Of a stretch of 64,000 bases of DNA, positions 54,701 through 64,000 are shown piece after piece. The notes beneath the pieces were generated by a model. That model saw only the letters and a program-made list of their open reading frames with translations, was not told where the DNA came from and did not search any database. The position numbers were made by a program, and so were the translations under genes. Position 1 is the stretch's first letter; each line of letters opens with the position of its first letter. The DNA is from the human T2T-CHM13v2.0 reference genome, Homo sapiens, in the NCBI RefSeq assembly GCF_009914755.1, contig NC_060927.1; one strand, 5' to 3'.

Positions 54701-55974
54701 GTTCTTATTTTTTTTTTAAAAAGAGGACTTGTGGTTTTGCAGTCCATGGATAAAGTGGTAGGCAATCATCAGATTCCTGTTGAGAACGACAAATGATGAA
54801 GGGAGTAGCAGATGGTTTCAGAAGGCAGAGATTTATACGGGTAATTTGTAGTGGAATAATACTATTTTCTGAACTAGGTAATAATAATTCACCAAGACAA
54901 GTAAAAGTTTAGATAGTATCTCATTTAATTATACGTTGCTAAATATTCCAAGAAATCTTTGACTCAGAAGCCTAAAACGAAAACTCAATTAGTTGACATT
55001 TTTAGTTTCTGATGATCTGATCCTGTTTAATCCTTTTCATCGTGATGCAGTTTATCACATGATTAAAAATATGGTGCTGCTAACAGTCTAGTTTTCTGAA
55101 TACAATGTCCTCTTTTCAATTTAGTTAGTATCTGATTCAAAAGGATAAAAGTATCCCTCTTTACTAAGAAAAGAAGACAGAAATAGACTAATACTTTTCA
55201 CATATTCCAAGGTAATAGATGAGGAAGAACTATGTTTCAAACAGGGTTTCCTGAACACCCCAAATCCTATTGGTGAGTGAGTAGAGCCCCGGGAGGAAAT
55301 CACTATTTAGATGAGGGTATCCACAATGGCACTGCTCCACAAGGCATACGTGCCAGGGATCATCAACTTCACCTTACTCCCTTGACGAAAGCAGGCAGAG
55401 AGAACAGGGCATTGATCTCGTATGTCTGTAATCATCCACAACATTTATTAAATTCTATTGCTGGCACTTAAAGGAGGGGGTTACTATAAGTATCACTATT
55501 CATTGCTGAAGTTAATTAATTTACCAAATCTATTTGGTAATTCACAGCAACTACAGAAGCAATAAGGTATGGAAGTTGGAGGGTAAAATAAACACTTTAT
55601 TTTATATGTACAACTTTCTTGCTTGCTAATTGTCTATTCTTCATGAACCTGTCCCCAGAGTAATGGCAGCAGATAAGACGTGTCATTATTTTACATAATA
55701 AAATATCCCTATTATTCCTTAATAAATATAACTGGCTATACTTTATTTTAATTCCCAAGTCACAGTTCACTCAGGAGAGTCTGGTGCCTGATGTAGAATA
55801 ACCACAAATAGGTCAACTCTTAAAAAAAGGTAAAGAAAAGTTTAAAATATTCATTAGTGATCAGCAATGTGTTGGATACTTCAAACTACCACTTTAAAAC
55901 TGAAGTAATGTCCAATCTGTTATGACATAAGACTCTCCCAATTATACGCAGACACTGTCATGTACACTTTGACA

Positions 55975-56056
55975 TTTATTAACAAAAATGGTCCAGAAAA
56001 GGATTGAGTCAAAATTACAAAGTGATTAAGAGTTAAAACAAAAGTTATTCTTTATT
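55975..56056 (-). terminator. PRIM2: PRIM2 poly(A) signals (AATAAA at 56051-56056 and 55975-55980)
   Basis: Two tttatt hexamers ~600 and ~670 nt downstream of the stop codon; GU-rich tgacagtgtctgcgt follows the distal one. Confidence 0.7.
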
Positions 56057-56299
56057 GTAGTTTCTGGGGGACTTTAACCAGTCCCCAAAGCTGTTTTTAT
56101 CTCCTAAAATAGGACTTAAATGACATCACTCAAATGACAGATTTTAATAGAAACTCTTCCTCTTTCCTTCTGTCAAAGTAAAATATAGTGAAAGTCTCTG
56201 TTGTTACCTCAAACCTGCTTTCCTAATAAGTGTGCATGCCTGTAGATGGATTGGGATGCAATGAAGAGAGAAGTTAAACAAAAAGGTTAAAAAAAGAAA

Positions 56300-56592
56300 G
56301 ACCAGGCACAGTGGCTCACAACTGTAATCCCAGCACTCTGGGAGGCTGAGGTGTGAGGATCGCTTGAGTCCAGGAGTCTGAGATCTGCCTGGGCAACATA
56401 GGGAGACCCTCACCTCTACAAAAAAAAATTGAAAAAAATTAGTTGGATATGGGGTACACACCTGTGGTCCCAACTACTTGGGAGGCTGAGGTAGCAGGAT
56501 CACCTGAGCTGGGAAGGTCAAGGCTGCAATCAGCTGTAATTGTGTCACTGCACTAAGCCTTGGTGACAGAGTGAAACCCTTTTTCAACAACA
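56300..56592 (+). mobile_element. AluJ, antisense within the PRIM2 3'UTR
   Basis: gaggatcgcttgagtccaggag...gggcaacatagggagaccct. Confidence 0.92.
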
Positions 56593-56650
56593 AAGGCAAA
56601 ATCTTAAAAACAGGAAACAGGCTATTGAGGAAAATGGGTTAGAAAACTGC

Positions 56651-56881
56651 CTAAGAATCTTCACTAAAGTAATCTTCTAGTCCTTCCATATCCATTTCCA
56701 GAGAGGAATTTAAAGAGGCCAGAGCAGATGATGCATCCTTGGTTTTCTGGACACTTGGTTTGGGTTGAGGAGTTTCTGGTTGGATAGGTTCCTTCTTTAT
56801 GTCTTTACCACCATTTAGAATACTTTGGCTCTCACAAAAGAACTGATTAGGATGATTCAAAGAAAAGCCACAATCATCCAC
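56651..56881 (-). CDS. PRIM2: Terminal coding exon of DNA primase large subunit p58 (about residues 434-509); could be the PRIM2BP paralog copy
   Basis: [32 protein letters not shown]...[10 protein letters not shown] is the PRIM2 C-terminus; phase-0 acceptor tttccttcctttacag|GTG at 56882-56883 (the track's initial M is GTG, Val). Confidence 0.93.
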
Positions 56882-57436
56882 CTGTAAAGGAAGGAAATTT
56901 ATATTGCATTAATACATGGCAAAGCTATAAATATATGAGTTTCAAAAGCTGTTTTAGTACTTGTTTAAAACTTAATACCTGAAACATGGATTCTAGCTGT
57001 ATGCATTCTAACACTTAATCAGCTACTTACACCATTTCATTCAAAGAGAGCTTCAACCACTACCCAAACCTAAATGGCTCCCACATTTTTATTTCTAGTC
57101 TGAGCCTCTGTGTTTGGCTCCAGTTCCCTGTCTAGTTTCAGTCCCATATCCAACACCTACTCAACATCTAAGATGGCTCAAAAGCAGCTCAAACCCAACA
57201 GGAAACATATTCTTTCCCCTTTCCCCATCCTTTGCTCTCAGTGACTGGTATCACCATTCATCCTTGGGGCATACTAGACACCTTTCTCTCACATCCCCAG
57301 CCCCCAACTCCCACCTGCCACCTCCCATCTACACCAAGACCTCAATTCTGGCAATACCCAAAACATTACCAATTCTGGTTGACAATTACATCAAAACAAA
57401 AAATTAGAAAACTATAAAAATGTGTTTGGAATACAA

Positions 57437-57439
<3 letters not shown>

Positions 57440-57495
<56 letters not shown>
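57440..57495. repeat. (TG)28 microsatellite in the last PRIM2 intron
   Basis: Directly visible. Confidence 0.98.
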
Positions 57496-57499
<4 letters not shown>

Positions 57500-58379
57500 A
57501 CATTGTATGTTAGTGAGGCACAGGTTAGGGACCTGTGTGATTCACTATTGTATCCCCAGTTCCAAGAAAAGGCCTACCACATTGTAGGCCAATAAATATT
57601 TGTGGGTTTTTAAGTGATTGTAAAATCATTTTTGATCATTTTGATACTTGTCCCTGATACCACTTGTGTTTTAGAGCTGACTTGTAAGTCTGGCATGTGC
57701 GCTCCTTTAGTATGATATAAACTGAAAAAGCAACCTAAGTCAATGTAATTCTTCATTCTAATCTTGGCCTTTCCTTAGTCTTTTTACAGAAAATCTCTTC
57801 TTGTAAATTTCACTGTGACTGAATACAAACATGCCTGGTTCATAACTTATTTTTTCTCAAATACTATCATTAAACTTTAATTTTGAGTATCATTTCAAAT
57901 TATGCACTCTAGTAATCTCTCCTTATATTCAGTTTCACTTTCCACAGTCTCAAATCCCTGCCTTCTCACCTTCTGCAGTTGGAGTTGACAACAAAAATAT
58001 CATTTTGCTTGAGTGAGTGACTGTTGGTTTCTTTGGTGGTATTTTCATTTATCAAGTTTTTGGAAACTGAGAAGTGATTCCATTTCTTTTGTTCATCTGT
58101 CTTGTATTAACTAATCCTTTTACGTCTCACCCTTCATACTGAAGTGACTTGCACATTGTAGGTATCTAATAAATATTTGGTGAAGTGAACCCAGAAATAG
58201 TGTATACCAGTGATAATTTTGCATATTTAATTAAAGCCTTACTATATAAAAGACTGTGTTATAAACTATTCGCTATTCAGCATACAGGAATATATTTGAC
58301 TAACTCAAATTTCCAGCCCAGTAAGTTACATACTTAAAAACCTCTACCAAGAATGGAGAACTGATGAGGGTCACAGATA

Positions 58380-58830
58380 AAGGCCTATTACACTCCACAG
58401 TAGAGAGAAATTTCGACTGAGGAGATCAAGGAAGGCTTTGTAAGAGGAGTGCTATTTGAGTTGCGTCTGGAAAGATGGAGGGAGTGAAAAGCTGGGATGA
58501 TGAGGGGAAAGGCAATATTTGCAGCAGGGCCACATGAGCAAGGTAAAGAGGGAATGTCCTGGGAAAGCAAATATTAAATAGTTCACATAGCCTATTATGA
58601 AAGGCACATACAAGGAAACAATAAGGAATGAGGTTGGAAAGACAGGCAGGGGCCAGCCTGAGAGAGCCTTGAAAATCAGGGTAAGTGGTCAAGACCTAAT
58701 TCTCTAGGCAACAGAGTCACCAAAAACCCTTAAAAAGAGACGTGGTGTGATTAAAGCTATGTATAATCTTATAGTAGATTAAAATGAATTGGTCAGGGAA
58801 AAAGGGGTTGCTGCTGCGGTCTAGAATGAA
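58380..58830 (-). mobile_element. L2 segment
   Basis: gagatcaaggaaggctttg...atttgagttgcgtctggaaagatgg...gcaggggccagcctgagagagccttgaa. Confidence 0.7.
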
Positions 58831-59299
58831 CCCTACTGGTGGACGGACCAACAGACAGAAACATGAGTCTTTTCTGGTAATACTTATTTAAGCACCCTAG
58901 GAATCTCTGATTCTCTTTTGCTAGTTGTTAATACATGTTAGGCTAATTTTATAGTAATTCCAGGTTGTAACAGATGGATAGTATACAGACTGATTTTAAG
59001 AGTTATAGATCATTAAGAACAAATTTTTATCTTGCTTTATTTTTTTAACTTAGCTGCTTGATTTCAAAATGTTTCTGAAATGTTTTATATTTATAATTTT
59101 TATTAACAATGGAATCATTTATGAACTTTTTTATTATGAACTTTTTTGTTACATTCAATTTTCACCCAATTCATTAAAAACTGAGAAATCCAATATAAAT
59201 TTTGCATTTTGCAATGTGTTTCACAAAAAGTATGTTTATTGTCTAATACATTTTAATCAGAAGGCCTTATAGTTTGTAAAATAGTTTGTAAGCAGAAAA

Positions 59300-59445
59300 T
59301 CAGAGATTAGAAAGACCTTGGGGAATCCATTAAATTCAATCTCCTCCATGTACAGAGGCCTAAGGAGAATAGATAGTTTATTCAAGGTCATAGAATTAGT
59401 AACTGGTTTTGTCTGAATTAAAATTCAGGCCTTCTGACTAGATCA
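59300..59445 (-). mobile_element. MIR fragment
   Basis: gaaagaccttgggg...tacagaggcctaaggag...ttcaaggtcatagaattagtaa...ttcaggccttctgact. Confidence 0.65.
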
Positions 59446-60147
59446 TTAGTTGCTCTGAAATCTGTTTTAAGAGATTGTATGCAAAATCATACTGATAATG
59501 ATATCTCCATTATAAATTTTATTTCTAGAGATAAACTTGGCTACAAGGATTATAAAAACATAGTTGTATTATTTCATGCAAAAATAACCTAGTATCTTAT
59601 GCTATAATAATATCTTGGCATTTTCTATACCTCGCTTCAAGTTGTCAGTTATCAATACATTTATTAGACTTCAAATGAATCAATTATAATTCATATATTG
59701 CACAAAATAGGGTCATCTTCTTAAAGTCTGAGTTTCTCCATTGATGAAATGGAGATAACAGTGTTAGGTCATAGGGTTGCTATGGGAAAAGTAAATAAAA
59801 ATGAATGTAAAAAAAAGAGTTGTTCTATGAAATCTAAAGAAAATGTTTTTAAAGAGTCAAGAAAAGCAAGTCACTTAAAAAAAAAGGTGGAGGTCACAGA
59901 AGGAGAGGGAGAAAGATCCTATTGCTTTGCATATATCAAGTTCCTTTTCTACTTTAAGGAATCCAAACTGGAAACGTCTGATGCTGTATTATGGGTATAG
60001 TTTATAAAAGAAAGATAAAATCAAATTCCAAACACTAAACGATACTCAAAAGACCCTGCCCTAACTAATAAATGGCATTTAAATGTCTTAACTTTAAGAT
60101 ATATTTAAGGTATGTGCATATCGTTAATGAATCCTCATTTTAATTAG

Positions 60148-64000
<3,853 letters not shown>

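Larger units (their letters stand above)
55955..56650 (-). other. PRIM2: PRIM2 3'UTR
   Basis: Lies between the TAG stop and the poly(A) signals. Confidence 0.7.

Noticed and set aside
56651-56881. Standalone 76-aa gene or processed PRIM2 pseudogene
   Set aside because: The first codon is GTG directly after a canonical splice acceptor, and intronic sequence rather than the previous exon lies upstream

Overview
Repeat-dense (roughly 70-75% by eye) human or great-ape genomic DNA. The only host-gene coding sequence I recognise is the terminal exon of PRIM2 (DNA primase large subunit p58; 56651-56881, minus strand), with its splice acceptor, Alu-containing 3'UTR and poly(A) signals. Its last intron runs off the right end, and about 55 kb of downstream intergenic DNA lies to the left. 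The exon has Ser where I recall reference PRIM2 having Arg453, plus two proximal 3'UTR differences. This suggests the duplicated pericentromeric PRIM2 paralog (PRIM2BP) or a non-human ape allele rather than the reference gene. The rest is transposon archaeology: L1PA elements (one with an open ORF0), a 16.5-kb nested L1 stack containing a full MSTA provirus and a piggyBac MER75, a deleted ERV-L/MLT2A provirus, Alus, L2, MIR and hAT MITEs. I found no convincing new biological system. The most unusual directly visible structures are a templated 122-bp copy of the ERV-L PPT/U3 junction inside the (TA)n tract of its own 3' LTR, a ~965-bp alternating purine-pyrimidine tract at a proviral deletion breakpoint, and an internally deleted L1 whose junction coincides with its insertion site in a host L1. 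A CpG-retaining unique segment with a perfect splice donor and a possible alternative PRIM2 last exon are more speculative. Repeat subfamily names come from recalled consensus sequences. Boundaries without a stated TSD are approximate.
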